From Tubiluchus corallicola (taxonomy: Eukaryota; Animalia; Priapulida), in the NCBI GenBank assembly GCA_030141605.1, contig JAQGDQ010000188.1, positions 1 through 64,000 on the forward strand: a stretch of 64,000 nucleotides of DNA, written 5' to 3'. Under the pieces are notes generated by a model. The model was not told where the DNA came from. It made no database searches and saw nothing but the letters and a program-made list of their open reading frames with translations. Each line of letters starts with the position of its first letter. Position 1 is the first letter of the stretch. A program made the translations under genes and the position numbers. Below are positions 11,301 to 23,270 of the stretch, in pieces.

Positions 11301-14300
11301 ATGTGTGTGCATGTGGAGAAATAAAGCTAATATTTAATATTAGTATTCAATAACAAACAACTATGTGTTTATTTACAAGATTCTGATTTAGTAACACACC
11401 GCAAGAAGTTATTGTCAAATGTGCAAAAGTCAATGTGGCCCAGTTAATAAGCAACAATGTAGTGAAAGGGTTAAGCACAACTAGTGATGACGTCACAACT
11501 GCACATAATTCTTAAATCAACGAGCGTGTTGCTCTTGTTCACACAACTGAAAATTGAAATATGCAGTGCTACTGTCAGCATTTACTATGATTTTTACCAA
11601 TTCGGGAGAGTTTAAGTGAAAAAATTAAAATCCAGCCTCACCGCTGGAACAATTCATGGTTTCAACACAAGTGTATGCTACATTCGAACTAAACTGAGAG
11701 GTACAGCATCTATTTTTTGTGAAACACGTAATAATGCATAACAATAATAATAAGGCAATGCTTTAATAATTCTTACACATTAATCATTCTTGAAGAAACA
11801 CCTTTTTTCAATATTTTACACTCACAATAATTTTTGCTATGGTTTAACATTGGGTTTGTTTTTTCTGTAATTGCTTCTTATATTTTTACTCTGGTAATTC
11901 TTAGATGCAGAATGTCCCGTAAAATTTGTTTTTTTCACTCGGGTCTCATACCCGTGGAATTCCCTACTTAAAAATTGTTTCCTTGTTAGCTACTCATGTT
12001 TCATTATCTGTATTCATATTCAAACTGGTTTTGTTTGATCGATTTGTGTCAAAAAAACCTTTGCACCTAGTTGCTACTTGAACAGTCACTTTATCAGAGC
12101 GGAAAATGATTCATACCTTTTTCTTTGTAAAATTGTTTCTTTTATATTCTTCAAGGTCACGAATCATCGGTGTAATGTCATAGTACTTGGCTTCTTCATA
12201 CAGCATGTGAAAGTGTCGGAAATTGTCCGGTAATAACAACTGCCCTGTCCGTAAGTAGGACAAGATGTATCTGAAAAAGTTACATATTTATGAAGCTTTA
12301 AACACGACAAATGAAACTGCTGATACAAATTATGATGTGATAACAAGCCTTTTCACAGTTCCAGCGATTGATGATGATTGTGAAAAGGTCAAAGGTTGTG
12401 TGCACCAGACAATGCATTACTGTGCACTTGACAACGTCTCGCAACTCGTACTGTTGTCATAGTAACAGTTTTAACAGCTAGCTAGAATCTTACCTAGTTC
12501 ATTTTTTTGTTCTCAAACAAGATCCTACTAGTAAATCACTCTGCACACAAAGTAATGCATAAGTAAAAAAGTCCACATACAACAACTGAAGTGATGCAGA
12601 AGACGGCTTTGCTTTACCCACATGCCATGTGACGGTTGTAGTCAAGATGCATTGCTGTGGTACACTTTAGCTGTGACCTACAGCAACTGCGCATGCACAC
12701 AACGAAACTGTGAAAAGGCTTAATCTCTACAATTGCAATATTCAGCATTTATAAAATGTTCTCGTATAGCAGGCAGCTTGTAATGTACGTGAATGGTATC
12801 ATCAGATCACTTGTGTACCAGATTCAAACCCTAAACGTATTTCTGTTACAAATGTAGAAGTTCAAGATCGTGGCGGGTGTTTGTGAACAAAAATTCTCTG
12901 TTTCACTGAATTTCTGGCAAAACTTGTCAAATTTGTCAGTTTTATTTTAATTTAGCTTAAATGCGTTTTACTAAAAAAGACGAAAAATACCTGGACCCAC
13001 AAAACCCGTAACTGTTTACTGAATCCGAACTGTGCCAAATTCACCGAATCTATACGTTTGATTCACCAGATTTTGTGCTTACACACCTGAACATTTCATG
13101 CTTACACACCTGAACATTTCATGCTCATGCACCTGAACATTTCATGCTTACGCACCTGAACATTTCATGCTTACGCACCTGAACATTTCATACTTACACA
13201 CCTGAACATTTCATGCTCATGCACCTGAACATTTCATGCTCACACACCTGAACATTTCATGCTTACGCACCTGAACATTTCATGCTCATGCACCTGAACA
13301 TTTCATGCTTTCACACCTGAACATTTCATGCTCATGCACCTGAACATTTCATGCTTTCACACCTGAACATTTCATGCTTACGCACCTGAACATTTCATGC
13401 TCACGCACCTGAACATTTCATACTTACACACCTGAACATTTCATGCTCATGCACCTGAACATTTCATGCTTATGCACCTGAACATTTCATGCTTACGCAC
13501 CTGAACATTTCACGCTCATGCACCTGAACATTTCACGCTCATGCACCTGAACATTTCATGCTCACACACCTGAACATTTCATGCTTACGCACCTGAACAT
13601 TTCACGCTCATGCACCTGAACATTTCATGCTTACGCACCTGAACATTTCATACTTACACACCTGAACATTTCATGCTTACACACCTGAACATTTCATGCT
13701 TACACACCTGAACATTTCATGCTTACACACCTGAACATTTCATGCTTACACACCTGAACATTTCGTCCTTACACACCAGAACATTTCATGCTCATGCACC
13801 TGAACATTTCGTGCTTACACACCTGAACATTTCATGCTCACGCACCTGAACATTTCATACTTACACACCTGAACATTTCATGCTCATGCTCATGCACCTG
13901 AACATTTCATGCTTATGCACCTGAACATTTCATGCTCATGCACCTGAACATTTCATGCTCACACACCTGAACATTTCATGCTTACGCACCTGAACATTTC
14001 ATGCTCATGCACCTGAACATTTCATACTTACACACCTGAACATTTCATGCTCATGCACCTGAACATTTCATGCTTTCACACCTGAACATTTCATGCTTAC
14101 GCACCTGAACATTTCATGCTCATGCACCTGAACATTTCATACTTACACACCTGAACATTTCATGCTCATGCACCTGAACATTTCATGCTCATGCACCTGA
14201 ACATTTCATGCTTACGCACCTGAACATTTCTTATGCACCTGCATTTCATGCTCATGCACCTGAACATTTCATGCTCACACACCTGAACATTTCATGCTTA

Positions 14301-17300
14301 CGCACCTGAACATTTCATGCTCATGCACCTGAACATTTCATACTTACACACCTGAACATTTCATGCTCATGCACCTGAACATTTCATGCTCATGCTCATG
14401 CACCTGAACATTTCATGCTTATGCACCTGAACATTTCATGCTCATGCACCTGAACATTTCATGCTTTCACACCTGAACATTTCATGCTTACGCACCTGAT
14501 CATTTCATACTTACACACCTGAACATTTCATACTTACACACCTGAACATTTCATGCTTACACACTTGAACATTTCATGCTTACACACCTGAACATTTCAT
14601 GCTTACACACCTGAACATTTCATGCTCATGCACCTGAACATTTCATGCTCATGCTCATGCACCTGAACATTTCATGCTTATGCACCTGAACATTTCATGC
14701 TCATGCACCTGAACATTTCATGGTTTCACACCTGAACATTTCATGCTTACGCACCTAAACATTTCATACTTACACACTTGAACATTTCATACTTACACAC
14801 CTGAACATTTCATGCTTACACACCTGAACATTTCATGCTTACACACTTGAACATTTCATGCTTACACACTTGAACATTTCATGCTTACACACTTGAACAT
14901 TTCATGCTTACACACCTGAACATTTCGTGCTTACACACTTGAACATTTCGTGCTTACACACTTGAACATTTCGTGCTTACACACCCGAACATTTCATGCT
15001 TACACACCTGAACATTTTTCCATCTCTGTCCAAAAAGTAGTGTTGTTTTAGACTATCCAGCACAATTGGAATGCTTCCATTGAAAAAGCGAGCCAGCCGT
15101 GACTCCGGATATCTGAAAGAAAACAAATACGATCATTCAATGTTATTTCTGCAAAGTTCTAATATTATTCTGAATGTGCAGTGTGAAATTTGCCCTCCTA
15201 GTTGCTTCTTTATTACAAATTCTCACAAACCAGGCCTGGTAATAGAAAGCTGAAAATATAAAAATTAGTCCAGAAAAACCGGATTTTTATAACTAATTTG
15301 CTTGTGGTAGGACATACATACCTGCTAATCTTCTTGAATCATACGAGGTTATATATATATATAATTTGCAGGTTTTCTTTTACTGAATTCCACAGATAAA
15401 AGGCACGAGGTAAATACTGAATTTAATAAGCATGTATTTGTTCTGCATCTGGGAATTAGGAATTCCCGGACTAATGTTATGAGAAACAGCAAAAAATGAG
15501 CTCTGCCAGTAACATGTCAGCAGTTAGAAACCCACGGAGGGATGTCCCGTGAAAGTTTCTCTCTGAGCAATTAGATTTAAATTCAGGGATTATTCATTAC
15601 CTAAGTTTAAATGCAAAACACCAAAAACTACACGTGCCTTGTTAGAGTTTCCAGGGAAGAAGTATAGAGAGTTCCACCGATGTCGATGTGTACGGGAGCC
15701 GAGTATCTGGATGCTGCAGCAACACAGGGGATCCCGGTGATTTTTGGACTATAACATTCATCCTGTAAATGACTGGAGGTAGGAGACCTGAAAAAATTCA
15801 TTGCATTGAATAAATCTGCTTTTCTTAGGGTTGCCAGATTGGAAAATTAGAAATACGGGACACTCGTCAAATCTCTCTGTATATTACTATGTATACATAA
15901 ATTTACATGTGCGTACACACCCACCCACACCAATACAATTTTTATTATAAAAGTAGACACAAGTTAAAAATATAAAGCAAGTTGCAAACAGGCAGCAAAC
16001 AAGCCAGTCTGAGAAACCATCTGCAACTTTAGTTTCCTCGTTACATTTCAGCTAAATGCATTATGCATTAGATCAGAAGAACTCGAATAGTTACTACTAA
16101 TCTGTGAATGAACTTTCCTACTTTGGCCTCTTGAAATAAAGCTTTTTTATATTTTATTTGATCTGTTGTAGTGAGTAGCCAAGTGGTTATTGTTGTAACT
16201 ACCACAGGGTGCTTTTAACTCTAAAATACTCAGTCATAGCATCCACAATAACTCACTCTTAGTAACTTTATTCACTTTAAAAATTAAAATAGGCCTACAA
16301 ACAGAAGTCTTCAACAAAATTATGATGCTACTCCATCTGGAACACAATTCAGTAACAGAAATCTTTTTGACAGCTGTTATAACTGGGCACACCTACAGTT
16401 GTATATGTTTAGCAACAAAGTTAAGCAACATCAAGTTTGTCTGTGAATGGATAGGTGACTGCATGATTCTAGGTGGCATATTTGCTAGTGCTTGCAGGTC
16501 GTTACCTCGGTGAAGAAGGATCTACGGAACATTATCTGTTGTTTGTTAACAAATAACAGCCAAAATCCTGAGATTTACATGAAACAGTGTGCGATCATTG
16601 TGCTTGCTCTTCTGCAATACAAAACTGCTGGATTTGTGAAAATATAAATGTGATACTAATATTAATATATTCATGACTGAAAATGACTCACATGGAGTGA
16701 CAGTATACTGGTGTACTTACAGGAGGATAAGAACTCCCGTTTTAATTCCCAGACTCAACAGAGTTCAACACTTCACTGTCTCCCACTCCCAGCAGTTCAG
16801 CACTTCTCAGACCCCCAGCACTTTAACATTTCCCAGACACCCAGCGATTCAATACTTTCCAGTCTCCTAGCAGTTTAGCACTGGTATTTCTCAACTTCCA
16901 TTGAATTTATGATTTCAAAAAGGTAACCTAGGTCTATAATCTCTTCGTACTTTCTTAAAGCAGATATTAAGAGCTCACCACGGTGTAACTGCAAACATGT
17001 GAGCTTTGAACGTTGTTAAATAACTATTTTTGTTCACCCCCGCAAAGTAAATTCACGCTTGTCCCTTTAGAATCACAGCTACGAAGCCCCATAGGAAAAT
17101 TTTAGCCAGTTAACATGATAACCGCCCTCTACAGGCCAGATCGCGTAGAGTACTTCACATAATGAGTAAATTCTTCACCTATTCATTATTCCAACTTTGC
17201 TTTGTGTCCTGGACGTTTAACCTTTTCAACTAGAAAGTGAAGGTTTGTTACTTTCCAGGTTTTGCTTAGACCTATCGGTGTGCCATGTTTGGTGAATTAG

Positions 17301-19791
17301 TTTCACCCGTTTTGACTGTGCGAACAAGACAGCGGTCTGGAAAACTAGCGGAATATTGCAACAACGCGTCAAATTACTTGATTAGGAGTCTCTCGAAGCT
17401 CGAAGCCCATTTAGCCGTAGGAACATTTGTAAAAACCTGACATGCCTTGTTTAATAAAGTTCAGCTACAAACTAGGGAAATAACTATGTGATTTACGGGC
17501 TTAGAGCGAGGCTAAGCTACGAGTTTCCGAAAACCGTTAAATACATTAAAATACATATGTAGTAGGCCTATTTCTTAGCACAGTGTAACTGTGAACTAGC
17601 ACTCAATACTGCCTTTCTAGTCAGTTGTGTGAACTTTAACCACGCTACCGTCTATTCAAATTCGCTGAATTAAATTCCCGTCTGAATTATTCAACGTTGC
17701 GCTAACGCTAAGATTTTCCACAATAGACTACCTTATGCAAGTAATTTGTTTTGTTTTTGCACCCCTTGCTGTACTCCGTACAAAGTTCTTTACTCTCTCA
17801 TGCTGTAGCTGCAACAAAGAACACTTATTTCACGCAAATCCTCAACGACTCTTGCAACAGCCCCGGGCTCTACTTCTGCTCACATTCTGGCCTGCAGCAA
17901 GAAAAGCCTTCAAACAAACTCTAAGCTGTCTTTTCAGCTGTGTCAGGCGGTGGTTTGCTTAAACCATTATCAGCGGGCATAGTCATAATAAAATGCGGTA
18001 CGGAAGGGCATGAATTGAATTATATTCGCCTCAGGTTCAAACTGGGAATTCTGATACTTGCTTTACCAGATCATTCAAATATATGTAAATTATAAAATTA
18101 ATGGACGCCCACTTACAATGTATATAATCTTTATTTATTTAAAATGGATTGACAAAATAGTTATAACTGATACAAGTCTTTTCACAGTGCAGACGCGAGT
18201 CAGTGCATTAAAACTCTACTTAACAGTCGACAAGATTTTCACAAAGCAAAAACATCAATTAGGTATACATATATCAATTGGGCATAATACATAACACCTT
18301 TGCACGAATCAATGCAGTAAATCAACTCAATTAAATAATATATGAATTTACATCAAAAGAAGTACAAGCTCTAATCTGCAAGAACAATAGAAATATTGTA
18401 TTCATTTTTCTGTTAGTAAAGATACTACATGCAGTATTCATTTTTACTTAAAATTTTCTAAAATTTTGAACTATGATAAATGGAAGCTCATTATTGCAAA
18501 AGTTCAATAAATTCATCGTTGAATTACGCATAAATTTATAATGTTACAACGTTATTATCCCACACAACGTTCATTATGTTCATTAGGCTATATTTTCATG
18601 TACATAACATTACTGATAATGATTCAATAGAAAATTGCTAATACGAACATGTCAATTTGTAATAACACAAATTACAATCGACATTTTGACACGTGAATTC
18701 ACGATTTTCACTGATCGCTGAACACTTTGTCAGAGCTAAACAAAGATTTTATCGAGCGTTTCTCTACTATGACACCAAAGTAAACAGACTACAACCACGT
18801 TCAAATGGTAGCTCAAATATCTTCTTAATATATTTATTGTCCCAATGAATAATAGCATGAATAAACAAACAAACAAATAAATGTCAGTGCGCTTAATAAT
18901 TCATGAGATACATTTGAAAAAACAAAACGTGAACGTTTTAGAAATTTTTGAAAGGGGTTGTTGCTAGACTGACAAACTATGTATTGATACCTTCCAGTGG
19001 CAATTTTTTCTTTTAATATAGGGCGCGTACTTAATTGGCCTATATAATCAATCAATCAGCTAATAATCGAACAACCAAATCAATCATATTTATTACGTTA
19101 GAGATGTACACACGTAGTTATCTAGTGCACAATTGGAAAATGTGGATTCATGATCGCGATGACGTCACTTAAGTGTGACTGCCGCAAACCGCAAGAATTT
19201 TTTGATGACGATGCTTAATCATCACCCCTCCACCATTCTGCAGGTCAACCCGTTTTGAATTTAATGTAACAAAAAATTAAAATGCGATAAAAACGTTTGC
19301 TACTACACGTGATGAATGCTGGGCATAATATGCGCGATAATTAGTTTTCTTATTATACGAGTACGACTTCTTTTGAAAATAGACCGGCACACTATTTAGC
19401 ACATGAATCGCGCGAAGACGCCTTCTAGGAAAACTAAGGATCGTTCATGTACCAATTTCACACGACGTCGGTTAATAGCTCCAACTTTTAAAAATAAGAG
19501 TTTATTTATGACCTGACAGAGAACGCTGCAAACAAAGCATGAATAAGTAATCAAAATTCGCAAATGAAGTTACCATATACTATGTTTTTTGCTAAAAATA
19601 TAAAACTACTGTGAAACGACATGTATTAATTTCAAGTTCGCGAATTTAATTATAGACCTAGGTCCATCGACGAATTAAGATAATAATAGAATATCACAAG
19701 GAGCGATATAACGACGTACTAAAAAACTAACTTACCCATTCAAAAGTTCACATGATAAACTTGGCTTCTCCGTTTTTACTGCGACAGCCAT
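8398..19791 (-). CDS. KCTD15: BTB/POZ domain protein KCTD1/KCTD15 (Tiwaz-like), 6 coding exons, ~267 aa
   Basis: Exons (minus strand): 19736..19791 ([19 protein letters not shown], the least certain), 15638..15787 (...[37 protein letters not shown] donor), 15008..15112 ([35 protein letters not shown]), 12117..12270 ([17 protein letters not shown]...LYEEAKYY), 9793..10017 (...[15 protein letters not shown]...[16 protein letters not shown]), 8398..8511 ([30 protein letters not shown]...*). Phases are all compatible; total 804 nt. Confidence 0.93.
9019..9565 (-). mobile_element. 5S rRNA-derived SINE (SINE3) with RTE-type 3' tail
   Basis: A 120-nt 5S head runs straight into a GC-rich body, then [14 protein letters not shown] (RTE ORF C-terminal motif) and CCATTGTCTTCCGAGACAGAAGGATGTCAACCAA. 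Flanked by an approximate TSD ATACAGC(TC)ACAT. Confidence 0.8.
9446..9565 (-). pseudogene. 5S rRNA-derived sequence (SINE head, not a functional 5S gene)
   Basis: GACTACGGTCAAATCACGTTGAAAACACCAGTTCTTGTCTGATCACCAAAGTTAAGCAACGTAGAGCCTGGTTAGTACTTGGATGGGTGACCGCCTAGGAATACCAGGTGCTGTGGGCTT. Retains the internal control region but has no oligo-T terminator after it. Confidence 0.85.
10160..10800 (-). mobile_element. L2/Crack-type LINE 3' remnant
   Basis: ORF 10458..10727 ([18 protein letters not shown]...HDHYTR...[12 protein letters not shown]...IWSSIP) is typical of L2/Crack ORF2 C-termini. It is followed by a GGAGGAGGACTCGAAAGCTC...CCTCCTCC stem-loop and AATAAA. Confidence 0.7.
10872..11470. mobile_element. 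piggyBac-type MITE
   Basis: TTAA|CCCTTTCACTA ... TAGTGAAAGGG|TTAA: TTAA TSD with CCC termini. Confidence 0.85.
12346..12720. mobile_element. MITE with AGCCTTTTCACAGTT TIRs (copy 1)
   Basis: Perfect 15-bp TIRs. A diverged second copy lies at 57168..57555. TA/TWA-like flanks leave the superfamily (PIF/Harbinger vs Tc1) unresolved. Confidence 0.8.
13076..15017. repeat. 23-bp minisatellite, ~84 copies (ACACACCTGAACATTTCATGCTT), unit spans a KCTD exon/intron junction
   Basis: The minus-strand unit AAATGTTCAG|GTGTGTAAGCATG equals the last 10 nt of exon 15008..15112 plus its donor. Confidence 0.97.
16747..16882. repeat. Degenerate ~26-bp tandem repeat, ~5 copies
   Basis: Recurring CCCAGCAGTTCAGCACTTCTCAGA-like units. 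Confidence 0.55.
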
Positions 19792-22700
19792 TCTGTCTTC
19801 TTACCTCGCAGGCCTACGAGCTACGAATGCAGCAACGTTGCTTTATTACTGGGCTGTAATTAGTTTGCCCCGGGCTAAAATAATTGTGCGTCTAGCGGAT
19901 TACTAGCACAAATGTCATACCGCCACAATGCGCCAACGGTGCTGCCTTTCAACCCGCGTTTTGCCATTTGCGATATTCCGGATTTTACGCGTAGCGCGGC
20001 GGAAAAACTCCGCAAAATTGCCCGGGGGTAACTTGTTGCTTGCTATAGGGGAGGCAGATGCTTACACACGACTTTTAAAGCATTACGTTCATCTGGTATT
20101 GCTTGTGAAGCCGCGATATGGGTTAGAACAGCGTGCAGTGAATTTAACATCAGGCCTACGCAGGATTATTATAATGCCTCTAGGCGGACACGCTTCTTCA
20201 CGCTTAGATTATTGTTAATTTATAAGATAAATTGTAGCTCTGGAAATTTAAGTCATTAGTACACATCCTCACCATTTCATCATTTCACTTCATAGAATTC
20301 TTTCTTGCTGCAATTTTCTTACAATGTATAATAGGTTCGTGAAGCCAGGTTTATTGTGACAACTGTTGTTTCAAACATCGGTTACCTCGCCTTGCCCTTA
20401 AATACTGGAAATAAATTGTAAATTTATTTTTATAGTTAATTTCAAGCCCAAAGTCTGTAAACTCGAGTTCAGTAGTTGCATTACTATTGACATTATTACG
20501 GAAACGGAAATAATTTCCTTGTTGTTTAACGCAATGGCTTCACAATTTCTCTCTATCTCCTGTACACAAACGAATTGTATTTTTGAGTTTGTCATTAATC
20601 TGTTTCGTAGAAGTTGTTTTTTTACAAGTCTTTATGTACGTAATGAATTTATTGAGTTTTAATCAACAGCCGCTTAACAATTATAAAAAAATTAACAGGG
20701 TCATAATTCTTAATGACAATAATAGAATTAGATTGATATAACTTAAATTAATTTAGATAACTTCAGTTAAACTACAGATAACTTGAGAATAGATAGTCCA
20801 CAGTCATATCTTTTCTTTTTTTTCTTTAAGGTGGGATTTTTTACTAATAAAAAACTCAACATAAATACAAAATTAGAAGTGAATGTCCACGTGTCACTAC
20901 ATGTAAAATATTAACATTTTGTAATTACTGTACCACAGTACTAGTAAAGATATTTATAGTTACTATGCACTTAAGTAACACGAAGAACAACAGCAAGCCT
21001 CATATGTCTTAATTAGTGCTTCACCTTAAGTTAATCGAACTAGCCTTTCTGACTTGGTATGTTGCCCCATCTAGCGGCAGCGAAATAAAACTTTCCACAA
21101 AAAGTCATGACACGTTTGCATGAGCCAGACCAAATATGAACAGCAGCCAAATGATACATGGAGATATTGTGATGAAATCAGATACATAATGGAAAATTAA
21201 TCTATCTAGTTTACACATCTTTTTATGTGCGAACCATTAACGTTTTGTTTGATAGTGACTGCATGACTTTGGCTGTGCAAATTGACATGGAAGATTTTTT
21301 TTTGTTTTCAGATAATGAAAGAAAAAACATGCCGTGGAGAAAAGGTCACGTAGTTTGTTGTGATCGAGTAAAACTTGGTTAGTACTTCGGTAATATTCCA
21401 CTATTCATTAAAAAAATTCCACCCACTCATCCTTCAATCCTTCCTATGACCGGGCAAAGTCTTTTCACAAAGGCAGGAAATTACAAAATCCCGGTCTCAC
21501 CCATTTGAACACTGTATCATTTACTGTCACTACAGCTTGTTTATGTTTGTCCTTGTTTATTGAACCGTCATTACATACAAACAAAGAATGCGCCACCAAC
21601 ACCAACAAATAAATATAATAGATAAAATCGTCAGTTTACTACAGGCAAAATCCCCTTATAAAGGAATATTGTGGCTCGAGGGTACAGGACAAAATGACAA
21701 TTATTAATTCACAGCCATGTGATAAAATTAATGATCACAGCCATGTTACATAAAGGAATATTAGTAAGTCTTTATACAACTGTATCTGGACTTATATAAA
21801 CGATAAAGGCTGATTCCAAAAAATACAAAACTAAAGCATGTAAGCATAATTGTTTACTTACCAAAACATTTCTTAACTGAGATTATAGCGTTTACGGGGG
21901 AATAGTAAAATCTGTTGCTTATTTTCAATGATTATGAAATTTGTTCTCATTGTCTCATTGCCACGTTGAAAATTATAACTCTGTGAAAAAGCAATTTCCA
22001 GAGCTTATTTATTCTGGAGGAATAATTATGTTATTTCTCTCAATTTTTTCTTGTAAGCAACATCTCTCATATAATATGTTTTACTGCTTAAATATCTTTT
22101 GACTCCACTGAAATCTGTTGCAAAATCTAGTGCAGCAAATATAAATTAAAATGAAGTTATAGTTTGTTTTCATAGTCGTAAAGACGTTGACTGTTAGTAG
22201 AATTAAGTACTGCAATATTTTTTTAAATTAACAGCTGTAAATTGAGATTACACTATAATCAGTATATTGGATACAATCATTTTGAATTCCGCAGTATTAA
22301 TTATAAAACATTTATCTCAAGAGCTTTATCCTTGATAAGCATGCAGCAGGATTCCAGTACAGCCATAACTGTTGAGTGAAAACTAATAATCAGAATTAAA
22401 ATTGCGCTGCTTAATCCTAACTGACACCTAAATTTCGTTACGAAGCAACTGTCGCATCAATTTCATGCATAATTTATCGCTTCACGCACAAACCAAAGCG
22501 ATCGAGTGACAAATCAATGTTAATTTTCTGGTGTACTGTGTTCGAACCATAGATATAATTGCATAAATTACTACCCAATTCTACAGAAACTTGTATTTTA
22601 AAATAAATAACCAATTAAAAACACAAAATTTTATTAATGTTTTGCTTTCAAGTTGGTTTGAAAATTCATTTTTCGATACTTCACTGAATGGTCTTTCGTA

Positions 22701-23149
22701 GCCTGGGAACTATAAACTCTGGCAGTTTGTTAGGGACAGCCATTTTAATGGCTGGTAGTTTGAAGCAAGTTTAGATAACAGCGAGTGAAATTTGAAAAAA
22801 GTAGTTTAATTATTTGCAGCACACACCTCACCAATAAAGCATAAAATTATTTTATGTTGTCAATAAAATTAATAACATGTTTTCTAGTGTACCGGTGATG
22901 TCTTTTTTGGTGTTCATTTGAATCAGTGATGTTTTACCAGATATGCACAAACATTTTAAATTGCAGTTTAAGAATTTTAGTTATGTATGTCTTTCACACA
23001 TGTTACATGTAGGGGTATTGCAAAATACTATAATTTTGTGTGAAATGTTTTTTTAGACGCGCTGTAAAATTCCTTTTTTTAGAAATAAACGAAACACACG
23101 CATTTTACCCTGATTGAATGAGCCAGCATAAACCGTAAACCATATAGCA

Positions 23150-23270
23150 GTGAGCACGTGCGATATCGGCAGATTTCGGTGGTTTCCGTACACAACGAGG
23201 CAGAGAAGCACGTGACTAAACACACTAAAGTAGCCATTTTATTCCTGTGTGTCTGCGAAAATGGCGTCCG
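23150..23270 (+). promoter_or_regulatory. Putative SAFB proximal promoter (divergent from KCTD)
   Basis: Two CACGTG E-boxes (23155, 23209) and YY1-like motifs GCCATTTT (23233) and AAAATGGCG over the start codon. Motif matches only. Confidence 0.4.
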
